From a virus: a stretch of DNA of 64,000 bases. Positions 18,846 through 28,918 of the stretch are shown here, piece by piece. The notes under the pieces are model-generated. The model ran no database searches and had not been told where the DNA came from. It saw only the letters and a list, made by a program, of their open reading frames with translations. The position numbers and the translations under genes are program-made. The stretch is taken from positions 1 through 64,000 of the IMG/VR virus record IMGVR_UViG_3300018080_000003; one strand, given 5' to 3'. Position 1 is the first letter of the stretch. The number at the start of each line of letters is the position of its first letter.

Positions 18846-19219
18846 AATAAAGCCTTGGCTGCACTACGCGCCGTTTTGAATACCTCCGAGCACCCTTCGG
18901 CATCTGTCACGACCCAAGCCTCGCCATGCTTGTGAGCAAAGGGCGCGCCTTCTGAAGTGCACAAGTATTCGTTTCGCAACAAGAGCCGAGTGGCAGCCTC
19001 CACATCCCGATCATGCTCAGTCGCACTAGCGAGCCACTTCAAGCACCTCGTCGCCATATCCGCCGCCTCACTGTTTCCGTAGAAATCGTCGACCTTCCAG
19101 TCCGGTCTTTGGGCGACGATGGCCCTCCATCTCTCAACGAACCATTCCTCGATTATTCCAAGGTTCAACTCTGGGTCTGCTGGGGCACTCCACATGCCAC
19201 CTTGATCCTCACCACTCAT
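18842..19219 (-). CDS. hypothetical protein
   Basis: ATGA coupling. Confidence 0.6.
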   Translation of the reverse strand: MSGEDQGGMWSAPADPELNLGIIEEWFVERWRAIVAQRPDWKVDDFYGNSEAADMATRCLKWLASATEHDRDVEAATRLLLRNEYLCTSEGAPFAHKHGEAWVVTDAEGCSEVFKTARSAAKALL

Positions 19220-19509
19220 GATGCTTCCCCCTCTGGAAAGGAGATCTTACGAAGCCGCTTCATCGTATTCGGATGCATCGCCACGGCATGAACGGGGTCG
19301 TCATCACCAGCTCGCTCGGTCAGACGAACGTATGTTCCGTCATCCAAGAGCTGCATCGGGACATCCGGCTTGAGCTTCGGATCAGCAAACACATTCACCG
19401 TTCCGACGCCCAGAATCTTCCATCGTTCCATCATCAGCGAACGGTTCCCAACAATCTGGAATGGCAAGAGCCCACGGCCACCGCTGCCCTCTAGCTCGTC
19501 TGAACTCAT
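19216..19509 (-). CDS. hypothetical protein
   Basis: Start at ATG 19509 (MSSDEL), overlapping the upstream TGA. Confidence 0.55.
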   Translation of the reverse strand: MSSDELEGSGGRGLLPFQIVGNRSLMMERWKILGVGTVNVFADPKLKPDVPMQLLDDGTYVRLTERAGDDDPVHAVAMHPNTMKRLRKISFPEGEAS

Positions 19510-19721
19510 CAGCCTCCCTCCGGCCAGTCTTCCTCCGGCACTTCGTCGTCTTCCACCCACTGGCCAGCCTCGTTAGTGACCATGTTTGGGAAGGGCCTGT
19601 CTCGTACGTCATCAGGCGCTTTCGGTTTCTTCTTTGAGCCAAAAATGCGGTCGTAGTTCTCCGCATACTGCCGCTCATCCGTCGGGCGCCGCTTGCTTCC
19701 CTTGCCGTTCATCATGCTCAC
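19509..19721 (-). CDS. small phage protein (GKGSKRRP...NYDRIF)
   Basis: Motif pattern recalled from small phage hypothetical proteins. Confidence 0.6.
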   Translation of the reverse strand: MSMMNGKGSKRRPTDERQYAENYDRIFGSKKKPKAPDDVRDRPFPNMVTNEAGQWVEDDEVPEEDWPEGG

Positions 19722-19740
19722 CCCTTTCGAGTTACGTATG

Positions 19741-21438
19741 TTACCGCTTGATCTTCCTGCCGTCCAGGTAAACCTGCTTCTTGTCCACGTGAGCCATGGC
19801 CTCCAAAAGGGCCATCAGCATCGCCTGACGCGGCTTCTCAAGCTTTAGAGAGCGAACGTACTCCTCCATGTTGCCCTTCTGGACCTTCACAAACTTCTCG
19901 AAGTCGAGTTGATCCGGCGTGATGCCGATGCGCTTGAACGCCGCTTCGATCTTGTCCAGCGTCCAGTGCCTCTCAGACCGCTGAATCGGCTTGTAGCGCA
20001 CGTTCCCGCCCTCTGAGACGTAGAAGCCCTCATCCATCTTGTCCAAGCGGTTCAAGATGATCTTGTCGATGTCACGACGACGCTTGCCCGCCAACTTCTC
20101 CACCGCATAGGCCTTCTCACGAGCATCGCAGATGTCTTCCAGCTCCAGGTCCTCGCTCGCCACCATGCCCATGAGCTTGTCAGCGTTTTCAGGCTTCTGC
20201 GCCTCACCGTACGCCTTGCAGTGATGACGCACATTGCACCACGAACACAGCATGCCCAGCGTCGGAGGGAAGTTGCTACGCGTCTCCAGCTGCCTCGCCA
20301 TGTCCGTCAAGTAGCGAACGCCGTCGATGCACTGCTCCGGCGTCCTGTGCGCACGTTGCGAGAGCCCGTGCCGCAGCATTTCGAACCGGAAGTGAACCTC
20401 CTTGACATTCTGGAACAGTTCGCGGATCGCCCAGCCGTAAACCGACAGCTGCACGTCCTTCGCAAGCTCTTCTCGCGTGAACATGTTCTTGTTCGTCTTG
20501 AAGTCCACCACCTCGAAGATGCCATCACCGTGGTACTCGATGAGGTCGATGTAGCCCAAGATCCAAAACTCGCCCGCTGCGATCTCAAAACGACGCTCGA
20601 TGCCACCACCAAGCTCCTCTGGGATCAGCTTGTCGAAGTCGAACTCCGTCTTCTCGACGTACTCACGAACCATCTCTAGCCCGCGCTGATAGTCGTCCTC
20701 ATCCCGCACGTCCGACTCGATGAAGGCACGACGGAACGCCTTCGTGGCCACCTCCTCAGACACCTCGCCCTGGATACGCTCTCGCAACACGTGCTTGTAC
20801 ACGCGCTCCAGACCACCGTGGACCAAGACACCGAAACGGCTCGATTCCTCCAGCTCCTCAGCGAACTCCGTCATGATGGCCGAGTCCTTCGGGACCTTGT
20901 CGATGTAGCTCAGCTTGAACGCATGCAGGCAGTGCTTCGCCTTGCGGATACGAGACACCGACAAAGGCTCATCTTGCAGCACCGAAAGCCTCTTCGGAGG
21001 CGCGAACGGATCAGGTCGCTCCGTCGGATTCTCACCCGGAGCCGGAAGGCTCGACTCGGGCGTGTGTGAGATCCCAGGGAGGGGTCCATACGGAGCGCCC
21101 CCATGGGCGTCCTCGCACGTCGTCCCACTCGGGGTTGAGTACACTGGCTTGCCGCAGATCTCACCGTCGCCCAAGTCCGCCAGGCAAAACTCCCCCTGAA
21201 GCACCACGTACGACGAGTCGTACTTCACACCAGGGCCCCTCACCGGGTTCTTGAGCAACGCCTCCGACTTCGGCTGCGGAACGTCCGGAGGGAAGATCTT
21301 CTTCAACTCCCGCCTCTCCTGCTTCACCTGCTCCTTCGGAGAGATGGCGGGCTCCTCCATCGGCTTCGCCCCCGCAAAAGCGTTCCCAGGGTCGTACTCG
21401 AACGCCGGAGCGAACGGATCAATGTCTTCTGCTGCCAT
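19741..21438 (-). CDS. PD-(D/E)xK exonuclease, Cas4/RecB-like with Fe-S cysteines
   Basis: LSVSRI...C, FGVLVH, GYIDL, VVDFKT, QLSVY, CSWCxxRHHC. Confidence 0.9.
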   Translation of the reverse strand: MAAEDIDPFAPAFEYDPGNAFAGAKPMEEPAISPKEQVKQERRELKKIFPPDVPQPKSEALLKNPVRGPGVKYDSSYVVLQGEFCLADLGDGEICGKPVYSTPSGTTCEDAHGGAPYGPLPGISHTPESSLPAPGENPTERPDPFAPPKRLSVLQDEPLSVSRIRKAKHCLHAFKLSYIDKVPKDSAIMTEFAEELEESSRFGVLVHGGLERVYKHVLRERIQGEVSEEVATKAFRRAFIESDVRDEDDYQRGLEMVREYVEKTEFDFDKLIPEELGGGIERRFEIAAGEFWILGYIDLIEYHGDGIFEVVDFKTNKNMFTREELAKDVQLSVYGWAIRELFQNVKEVHFRFEMLRHGLSQRAHRTPEQCIDGVRYLTDMARQLETRSNFPPTLGMLCSWCNVRHHCKAYGEAQKPENADKLMGMVASEDLELEDICDAREKAYAVEKLAGKRRRDIDKIILNRLDKMDEGFYVSEGGNVRYKPIQRSERHWTLDKIEAAFKRIGITPDQLDFEKFVKVQKGNMEEYVRSLKLEKPRQAMLMALLEAMAHVDKKQVYLDGRKIKR

Positions 21439-21440
21439 CC

Positions 21441-22403
21441 TCAGTCCCCTTTCCTTCGACGCAGGCCAGCAAGGTTCATCTCAGGGAATGTCTCCTTCAC
21501 TGTCAAGATCTGTTTCAGCATCTCCCACGTCATCTCAGCCCGGTCCTCATCCGTGTGGTCCGTCACCAAGAAGAACCTCCCCAGCTTCGGGTGCTCCATC
21601 TCCACCTCCAAACCGAAACGCCGCCACTCCGCAATCAACTCGTCAGTCACGAAGTCCGCGCCCGCACTTGGTAACTTCACGTTGTCGAAGAACTCGCTCG
21701 GCATCCGACCATCAGCACGCGCAGGCAAACGGTTGGTGTGACCAAAGTACTCACCTTCGTCATCGGAAGCAGTACGCGCAGAATATGCGCCCTCGGGCGC
21801 GGGCGCCGCGGGCGGCGGGGATGCCGGGGCGAAGGGGTCCGACATAGGACTGCCTCTGGGCTCCTCACGCTCTGGACGCTCTGAGACAGGCCTGGGCGAC
21901 GGAAGCGTTGTCGTGGGCGCCCTGAGGGGCGCTGGGGCCTCCTGGGAGGCCTCCGCAGAGCTGAGGACGCCATCATGCCGCATGGTGGGTGCCTCCGCGT
22001 CCACAGAGGCCGCCTGGGGCGGCCCTGCCGGCGCGAAGGGGTCAGGCGGTGGAGGTGGCTTGCCAGGCAAAGTCCTGACAGTCGGATCCGACGGATCTGA
22101 CGCAGGTGCAAAAGGGTCTCGGTCTTGACTCATGGGTAGCTTTCTCTTGTCCTCTGACGAGTTTTCAGGCACTTGCCAGGCAATCAGGTTCTCGTAAGCC
22201 TCGGGGTCATGGTGAAGCAACCATTCCACACACGCGAATTCACTGGGCTTTGAGCACATTCCATCGAGGTAGAACAGACAGCCACCAGTGTCACTTCGAG
22301 GCCTGAATTTTAGGCAGCTTACATCTGCCCACATGTCGAAGTGATCGCCGATCATTTTGCCCGACCAGGGCAAACTGAATGATATCGGCAACTTGTGGCG
22401 CAA
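21441..22403 (-). CDS. Pro-rich protein with three DPFAPA repeats; start uncertain (22403, ~22334 or 22133)
   Basis: Cys-containing N-terminal segment, low-complexity linker, small C-terminal domain. Confidence 0.65.
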   Translation of the reverse strand: MRHKLPISFSLPWSGKMIGDHFDMWADVSCLKFRPRSDTGGCLFYLDGMCSKPSEFACVEWLLHHDPEAYENLIAWQVPENSSEDKRKLPMSQDRDPFAPASDPSDPTVRTLPGKPPPPPDPFAPAGPPQAASVDAEAPTMRHDGVLSSAEASQEAPAPLRAPTTTLPSPRPVSERPEREEPRGSPMSDPFAPASPPPAAPAPEGAYSARTASDDEGEYFGHTNRLPARADGRMPSEFFDNVKLPSAGADFVTDELIAEWRRFGLEVEMEHPKLGRFFLVTDHTDEDRAEMTWEMLKQILTVKETFPEMNLAGLRRRKGD

Positions 22404-22409
22404 AACAAG

Positions 22410-22620
22410 CGAACGATCAAACGATCACCTGATTTGGCACAGTACAACTCTTGTCCATGGAGTTCTCTCTGTGTCCATGAAAGACAGATGATTCTCCTCA
22501 TTACGTGGTCCTTCTATTTATCGATCGATCGATCGTTCTGATCGTTAAAAATATAAATATATATAAATAAAGGGGAAATCGAAAAACGGTCGACGATCAC
22601 TCCGATCACTCCGATCACTA
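22410..22620. other. putative origin of replication
   Basis: The only strongly AT-rich tract (ttaaaaatataaatatatataaataa); clustered CGATC motifs incl. (GATCACTCC)2GATCAC; directly downstream of the primase-helicase; G/C skew appears to invert here. Confidence 0.7.
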
Positions 22621-25600
22621 GTTCGAGCCCCAACCTTTTGAAGAAACAATCTCTGGGGTTGTTGGCCCACCTTCCTCTCCCGGGAATTTTTCATCAGAAA
22701 TGTATTCTTTGAATTTTGCCAGACTGACCTTGATGCAGACCTTCTGGTTGACACCGTCTGACCAGCCACTGGTTGAGGCTCTCACGCTGACAATGAGTGA
22801 GTCTTCGCCCTCCTCTTCTCTCATGGCTGCTCTCAAGGCGTTTTTGCCCACTCTCACCTCATCTTCCTCACCGGTGCGACGAAGGAACTCTTTGAACTCG
22901 GAGTACACACTCTTGAAGTGGAAGTAGAGAAATTCACCATCATCACTCACCTTGTAGTGACTGCGGTTCTCAAGTGCTCCTCTGATGGCCATGGTATGCA
23001 AGGCTTCCAAGAACACCGACACGGAAGTCTTGGGTGCGGGAAGTGAAGTGGTCCCGTCTGCTCCAATCTCCAGATCACCCTCTGCGCTGAGGCACGTAGC
23101 CACGATGCGCGTGAAGACTTCGGTGTTCAGAGAGGTGTCGAGCTGAACCCCAAGGGTGTCTGCCCATGCTTGAAGCTGGTTGAGCCCGAAGAGCATGACG
23201 GTGAGCCCGTTTCTGTTGCGGATTGGGATCTTCCCCTTGATGCCCGCAGAAATTTCTAGGGTCAGCAGTTCTGCTCTGGCTGCTTCAAGGTGAGCCTCGA
23301 CGTTCTTGTCGATGCCGTACTGGTACCAGCTGGCTGCCAAACGCCAGAGGGGCAGCTCGAAGATGTCTTCGAACATGAGCTGCCTTTCCACTGAGACATC
23401 CTTCTTGGAGGGGTTGCAGATGAGACAACGTTCCTTCGTTGCAGCATCGTTTGGTGGGCTCTCCCCTCCGATGAGGACGGGGCGACTGATCTTGTACATC
23501 TTCAGTTGTTGTGAAGCGGTGCCCTTAGCAAGGGTGGAATCAGCGTTGGCAGTGATCCGGAGCTTTTCCAGCAGGTTGTTTCTGACTTGTAGCCGTTGGT
23601 CGTCTCGGTACTCGTCCAGTTCGACAGGGATACAGTCGGAGCTGTCTAGCTCTTTGGTGAGAGCGAATGAGGACATGTTGACTGGCTTCATGCCGCCTTT
23701 CTTGCCCGTGAGACGAGACACCAGCCCACCGAGGGTGGTCTTGCCTGCGCCTTGGGTTGCCCACATCCAAAGGATGGGGAACATGCCCAGTCGTTTCTTG
23801 ATCTCAGGGGAGAAGGCGCAGGCGTAGGTCCAGCCCAGTAGGGTGTACATGACGCTGGGCTTGTTGAGCTTCAGGAGAAGGGGGAGGACCTTCTGTGCCA
23901 GCTCTCGTAGCTGATCGTGGGACCATGGTTCGTCCTGCTCTTCGCGGAGTCTGAGTTCGCTGGCCAGCGGGTTGGGCTCGTCGTGCCATCGAAGGTTGAC
24001 GTCTTCGCGGACGCCGTTGGCGTCCATGACTCCGCCGGGCCACAAGAAGTAGCGTTCGCCCTCGTGATCGGTGTATCCGATGTTCTTTCTGGTGTAGACG
24101 ACCTCTTCGGTCTGGAAGGCGAGGTGGGCCTTGAGGAACGACACGTTGTCGCTGGTACCGTTGAACCAGTACTTGCCGAAGTGGCTGTAGAACTCCCTCA
24201 TCTTGGCGATGGATGACCACGCTCCGGCTGGCACAGCGATGGGTCCGAGGCGCTGGTCGGCTTGCTGTCCTTCAAGTCGGAAGTAGACACTTAGCTCTTC
24301 TTGTCTGTCCTCTTGCACGAGTAGTTGGTGAGGCTCGAAGACGAAGTTCGAGATGCGCTCTACTCCCTTGTCTTGTTCCTCATCGCCGTCGTAGACGAAG
24401 TCTCCGTCACCACCTTTCTTCTTGACGTAGCCGTAGTAACAAGAGTGACCGAAGATCACTTCACCTCGCGTGACTGCTTCATCTTCTTGCTTCTCGGTGG
24501 CGCGCTTTCCGCCGAAGCCCCTGTCTTCGACCTCGGCTTCTGCGAAGGGGTCATAGGGCTCTTCGGCCTTGGGCTCGGGCTCTTCCAGGCCGCTGACGAG
24601 CTTGACTTGCTTCTCTACGACGGAGTTTTTGATCCCAAAGCGCTTGCTCACCTTCTTGGTGAGCAGGTCTCTTACGATGTCGCTGCTCTCTTTGAGCAAC
24701 ATGAAGACAGGCTCAAGCTCCTGGACGAGCCGAGCCGGGTCTTCCTTCATCGATTCTGGGATCTCCCCGATGAGGAAGTCGGGAAGCGTCGGCGCGCTCT
24801 TGACTGCGACTTGAACAGCTGCCGCGCCCTTGTCGACGAAGAAGCTGTTGAGGTCGACTTTGTTGCCCTTGGTGGGTTCGTCGATGCCAAGGGCTTCCGC
24901 GTTGACGAGGCGGACGTCCACGCCGTTGGTGTGGAGGTAGATGGCGGTCTTGACGGCCCCTTTCTTTCCGCTGTCTTCACGGTCTCCGAGGTCGTTGAAG
25001 ATGACGACCCGCTCGAACCGCTGAGCGATGCGAAGGATCGGCTCGTAGTCTTGCTTGCGGAAGGCAACCGTGACGGGCGAGATGACTTTGAGCCCTGCCT
25101 CCATGGCGGAGATGGCATCGGTCACGCCCTCGGTGACGACGAGGATGTCGTCCTTCTTTGCGACACGCACGGTGTCGAGGCCGAAGAGGGGATGAAGGGC
25201 CCCTTCCATCACGAAGGGGTACTTGGCGCTGTGTGTCAGCAGCTTCTTGTACTTGGCTGCTTCCCATGGCTTGTCCTTCGGGTCATGAGAGACGCCTTCG
25301 TAGCGTCGAGCGATGAAGAACTCGGCCTGGTTGTTCCTGAGGTAGGGGAAAACACCTCGGCGGTCGAAGACGTCGTGCAAGCCATCGGCTCGCTGGTAGA
25401 AGAGGCCGGTCGAGAGCAGCTCTTCTGTGCTGAACTGCCATGGGAAGCAGTCTTGGATGTGAAGGTGGAGCTTTCCGTCGGCGTAGCCGGCTCGGTACTT
25501 CTTGAGACTCTTATCGTTGAGGCCATGGGTGGCCTTCATGGCTTCTAGAGCGGGCTCGTGCTCCTCGCTCCAGAGCATCTTCTCCCAGTAGTCGCATGCG

Positions 25601-25956
25601 ATCTCTAGGATCTGCCTTCTGGCTGCGTACTTGTCTGGGTCGAAGCCTCCGGTACTCTCCCACTGGATGGGCCGGAGGCCGAAGACATCGCAGAGAGTCT
25701 TCAGTGCATCGATGAAGCCGCATCCGTCGCGCTTGCGCACGTAGGCGACGACATCACCGCTTTCGTTGGTGCCGAAGTCGTGCCAGAACTGTCGAGCTTG
25801 GCTGACGAAGAAGCTCGGGTTGCGGTCGCTCCGGAAGGGGCTGGAGCACATGAAGCCGTCCCCAGATGGCTCCGTTTCTGACACGTCCCGGCTGACGAGG
25901 TCTTCGAGCCGGCTTCCTTCCTTGATGCGTTCCAGCTCCCCGTCTTTGATCCCCAT
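22618..25956 (-). CDS. DNA primase (DnaG/TOPRIM)-helicase fusion
   Basis: CHC2-like N-terminus (SPFRSDRNPSF...WHDFG); TOPRIM VTEGVTDAIS and FNDLGD; C-terminal P-loop QGAGKTT and Walker B ELDE. Confidence 0.9.
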   Translation of the reverse strand: MGIKDGELERIKEGSRLEDLVSRDVSETEPSGDGFMCSSPFRSDRNPSFFVSQARQFWHDFGTNESGDVVAYVRKRDGCGFIDALKTLCDVFGLRPIQWESTGGFDPDKYAARRQILEIACDYWEKMLWSEEHEPALEAMKATHGLNDKSLKKYRAGYADGKLHLHIQDCFPWQFSTEELLSTGLFYQRADGLHDVFDRRGVFPYLRNNQAEFFIARRYEGVSHDPKDKPWEAAKYKKLLTHSAKYPFVMEGALHPLFGLDTVRVAKKDDILVVTEGVTDAISAMEAGLKVISPVTVAFRKQDYEPILRIAQRFERVVIFNDLGDREDSGKKGAVKTAIYLHTNGVDVRLVNAEALGIDEPTKGNKVDLNSFFVDKGAAAVQVAVKSAPTLPDFLIGEIPESMKEDPARLVQELEPVFMLLKESSDIVRDLLTKKVSKRFGIKNSVVEKQVKLVSGLEEPEPKAEEPYDPFAEAEVEDRGFGGKRATEKQEDEAVTRGEVIFGHSCYYGYVKKKGGDGDFVYDGDEEQDKGVERISNFVFEPHQLLVQEDRQEELSVYFRLEGQQADQRLGPIAVPAGAWSSIAKMREFYSHFGKYWFNGTSDNVSFLKAHLAFQTEEVVYTRKNIGYTDHEGERYFLWPGGVMDANGVREDVNLRWHDEPNPLASELRLREEQDEPWSHDQLRELAQKVLPLLLKLNKPSVMYTLLGWTYACAFSPEIKKRLGMFPILWMWATQGAGKTTLGGLVSRLTGKKGGMKPVNMSSFALTKELDSSDCIPVELDEYRDDQRLQVRNNLLEKLRITANADSTLAKGTASQQLKMYKISRPVLIGGESPPNDAATKERCLICNPSKKDVSVERQLMFEDIFELPLWRLAASWYQYGIDKNVEAHLEAARAELLTLEISAGIKGKIPIRNRNGLTVMLFGLNQLQAWADTLGVQLDTSLNTEVFTRIVATCLSAEGDLEIGADGTTSLPAPKTSVSVFLEALHTMAIRGALENRSHYKVSDDGEFLYFHFKSVYSEFKEFLRRTGEEDEVRVGKNALRAAMREEEGEDSLIVSVRASTSGWSDGVNQKVCIKVSLAKFKEYISDEKFPGEEGGPTTPEIVSSKGWGSN

Positions 25957-25968
25957 GTGCGCTGGCCC

Positions 25969-26259
25969 TCACTTCACTTGGTTACGCTTGTCCGCGTACT
26001 GCTTGCGGATGCGGTCGAGGTCGTGGAGGTCGATGGACCACCAGATCATTCCCCGCTCTTTTTGCCTCTTGACTTCGAAGCTTCCGTCTTCGAAGAAGGC
26101 GACCCGTTCTCCGGCAAGTTCAAACTTCACGGAGAACCGCTTGTCGTCGATGAACTTGACGAAGAAGGCGGTCTTGGTGAGACCGCCTTTGTGACGCACG
26201 ACGATGGGATCGTCTTTCTTAATTGGCTCCAGCAGGGGGAACGCTTGTTGTTGTCCCAT
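25969..26259 (-). CDS. hypothetical protein
   Basis: Operon-packed ORF. Confidence 0.6.
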   Translation of the reverse strand: MGQQQAFPLLEPIKKDDPIVVRHKGGLTKTAFFVKFIDDKRFSVKFELAGERVAFFEDGSFEVKRQKERGMIWWSIDLHDLDRIRKQYADKRNQVK

Positions 26260-26266
26260 GTTTTCC

Positions 26267-26455
26267 CTATTCAGCTTCGAGATTGGCTATGGCGGACCTT
26301 CTTCGCTCTTCAAGAATGAGCAGTCGTCTTATGAGTTCACCCATGCTCTCACCAGAGTTGTCGGCGAGCCTTTGGAGGCGCCTTTTTTCTTCTTCGTTGA
26401 GGTGAAGCACGTAGCGAATGCCTCTACGCCTTGCCTTCAGGCTTGGTGCGATCAT
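26267..26455 (-). CDS. ribbon-helix-helix (CopG-like) DNA-binding protein
   Basis: RYVLHLNEEEKRRLQRLADNSGESMGELIRRL pattern. Confidence 0.6.
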   Translation of the reverse strand: MIAPSLKARRRGIRYVLHLNEEEKRRLQRLADNSGESMGELIRRLLILEERRRSAIANLEAE

Positions 26456-28523
26456 GTTGCTTCCCTTTCCAGCCTTCGATGTACCTCTCACAGAGCTGTT
26501 CGTTCAGCCCGTTCTGTCTGAAGAGCGGCATCTTGGGCATGCTCCCAAGGAACATCTTGCGACCGTAGGCCTTGTCGGCGACACGCCGGTCGGCGATGAG
26601 GATGATGCCGCTGTCTGTCACGCTTCGGATGAGGCGCCCGGTACCTTGCTTGAACTGCATGACGGCGCGGGGCACTGAGACTTGCATGAACGCGTTTTTC
26701 TTGCCGACCTTGAGTTCGAGAGCGGCCATGAGAGGATCACCGGGATGAGGGAAAGGGATCTTGTCGATGAACAGGACCGAGAGTGATGGTCCTTGTACAT
26801 CGAGTCCTGCCCAGAAGCTTTCGGTCCCGAGCAAGACCGCCCTTTCGTCAGCCCTGAATTGTTGCACGAGGGCAGTGCGAGAGTCACTGTCTCTTTGCAC
26901 CAAAAGACGTACATTCAGTTGCCTCGCTTGAATGTACTCGGACACAAACTCGGCACACTCTCCAAGCATCTTGTGCGAGGTGAAGAGGCCAAGAGTTCTA
27001 CCTTCAGCTCGTTCGATGGTTTGCGCGAGCATCATGGCCGTGCGTTGCTCCCAGCGGTCCCGGTCGTTGTAGTTGCACTCGGGGTACTGATCGTTTGGGA
27101 TGACGAGAGCGGCCTTGTTCTCGTAGTCGAAGGGGGTGTCAACGATGAGGGGTGAGAAGCGCATCTCTTCGACGCCTGTTTCGTTGAGCTGGTAGACGAG
27201 ACTGCCTGCGATGGCGAGGGTGGCGCTGGTCTGTAGGGATCCTTTGACCTTGGACCAGAGGATGCGTCTCAGGACATGGCTGACGTCTACGATCTTGCTC
27301 CTGAGGAGGACCCAGAAGGGCTTCTTGAACTTCTTGTTATAGTTCCTCTCGAAGAAGTAGACGCTGTCGGGGTCACGAAGAAAGACGAAGTCTTCGAGCT
27401 TGTCGATGAAGTTGTCGATCTGTCGCTGTGCTCGCCCCTTGGCCTTGACCCGTTTCTTCTCCTCGTCTGGAAGTGCGTGGAACTCCTTCTCTGAGACGGT
27501 GGATTCGAGCAGGTCACTGCAAGACTTGAGATGGTCTCGGAAGTCTAGCCAGTGCTGCTCGTGGATAGGCTCCTTGAGGAAGGGCCTTGCGTTGGGTTCT
27601 TGGTCGTAGCAGAGCGAGAAGAAGGCTTCTGCGTGTCGTTCGAGGGTTACGGTCTGTCGCATGTAGCCGAGGCGCTGCATCTTGCGGATGATCTGTCGGA
27701 TGCCGCGGTAGCTGATGTTGACTCCGAAGAAGTCACGAGCGATGTCAGGGGCGACGTGTGCCTCGTCGAAAATGACATAGTCGAAGGGAGGTAGCAGCTC
27801 GACGGCTCCGTCGGTGACCTGGAGCACGGAGAGGTGGGCGAAGAGCAGGTGGTAGTTGGAGACGATGATGTCGGAGTTCTCCCACTCTCGCCGAGCCTTG
27901 TAGGCGAAGCAGTAGTCGTGCTGGTCGCACTCTTTCCCTTCACAGCTCTCGTTGGAGATGGTGGTGAGGCGGCGGACGCGTCCGTAGTGATCCTCTTGCT
28001 TGCGTTGGCGGGCGATGGCGTTCAGCTCTTGGATTTCTCCAAGCTCGGTCTGGTCCATCCAGTCCGTAACCCAGGGATACTTGGCGTCGATCTCATCGAC
28101 GTTTTCCCAGTAGGAAACGTGGCAGAAGTAGTTGCTGAGCCCCTTGGCGACGGAGTACTTGAAGGGCCAAGGCAGGAGCTTTTGAAGCTCGGGGAGATCC
28201 TTGTTGATGAGCTGGTCCTGCAGCGACTTGTTGCCGGTGCACACAAGCACTCGACATCCTTCGTGATATGTGCGACGAATAGCAGGGATAAGGTAAGATA
28301 AACTCTTTCCTGTGCCCGTAGGCGCCTCTACTACAGCGTGGTCTCCTCGGTCCCATGCGCGCCCGATGTGCTGCGTCATCTTCACCTGGGGCATGCGGAC
28401 TTGGTAACCGCTGAAGGCCTTGGAGAAGATGCCCTCGGGTCCGAAGACGCCTCGGATCCAGTCCGAGTCATCGAACTCGAACTTGAGAGGCCCCTTCTCC
28501 TCTTCGATTTTTTTGTCGCTCAT
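26424..28523 (-). CDS. dinG: DinG/YoaA-family SF2 helicase
   Basis: EAPTGTGKS, Fe-S Cys, DEAH, TSATL, FWAGLD, QGTGRLIRS. Confidence 0.9.
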   Translation of the reverse strand: MSDKKIEEEKGPLKFEFDDSDWIRGVFGPEGIFSKAFSGYQVRMPQVKMTQHIGRAWDRGDHAVVEAPTGTGKSLSYLIPAIRRTYHEGCRVLVCTGNKSLQDQLINKDLPELQKLLPWPFKYSVAKGLSNYFCHVSYWENVDEIDAKYPWVTDWMDQTELGEIQELNAIARQRKQEDHYGRVRRLTTISNESCEGKECDQHDYCFAYKARREWENSDIIVSNYHLLFAHLSVLQVTDGAVELLPPFDYVIFDEAHVAPDIARDFFGVNISYRGIRQIIRKMQRLGYMRQTVTLERHAEAFFSLCYDQEPNARPFLKEPIHEQHWLDFRDHLKSCSDLLESTVSEKEFHALPDEEKKRVKAKGRAQRQIDNFIDKLEDFVFLRDPDSVYFFERNYNKKFKKPFWVLLRSKIVDVSHVLRRILWSKVKGSLQTSATLAIAGSLVYQLNETGVEEMRFSPLIVDTPFDYENKAALVIPNDQYPECNYNDRDRWEQRTAMMLAQTIERAEGRTLGLFTSHKMLGECAEFVSEYIQARQLNVRLLVQRDSDSRTALVQQFRADERAVLLGTESFWAGLDVQGPSLSVLFIDKIPFPHPGDPLMAALELKVGKKNAFMQVSVPRAVMQFKQGTGRLIRSVTDSGIILIADRRVADKAYGRKMFLGSMPKMPLFRQNGLNEQLCERYIEGWKGKQHDRTKPEGKA

Positions 28524-28918
28524 AGCTCGTGCACCTCGACGTCGAGCCCCATGGCTCGTGCTTTTCGGATGAGGTCGTAGGTTCCGCGACTGAGTTCAGG
28601 GTGAGGGAAGGCGAGGATGAAGACTTCGTGGTCGAGGATCTTGAGGTCCAAGGCCAAGTCGAGCATGACTTGGTTCCTTCGCGGTCCTGCAGGTTTACCT
28701 TGAGTCCTCCACGGTGCAGGGACCTCGAAGGGGCAAGAAAACACAAGAGAAGCGACATGGTCGACGCCAGTGGCGCCACCATGGATGACAGTGCATGTGC
28801 CCTTGGCCGCGACAGCCTTACGCACGGTCTCTTCTTCTTTGGGTGTGAGCCCCATGTGGTTGGCGAAAGGGCGACTCTTGTCGCCTCTCCAGCCGGACAC
28901 GACCATGTAGCGAGCCAT
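28520..28918 (-). CDS. SLOG-superfamily (DUF2493/YspA-like) protein
   Basis: VIHGGATGVD, W...GKPAGPRRNQVML, SRGT motifs; start at ATG 28918. Confidence 0.75.
   Translation of the reverse strand: MARYMVVSGWRGDKSRPFANHMGLTPKEEETVRKAVAAKGTCTVIHGGATGVDHVASLVFSCPFEVPAPWRTQGKPAGPRRNQVMLDLALDLKILDHEVFILAFPHPELSRGTYDLIRKARAMGLDVEVHEL

Noticed and set aside
19741-28523. Cas4-like nuclease plus DinG as a type IV CRISPR system
   Set aside because: No repeat-spacer array and no Cas5/6/7 genes; both genes lie in a replication operon.
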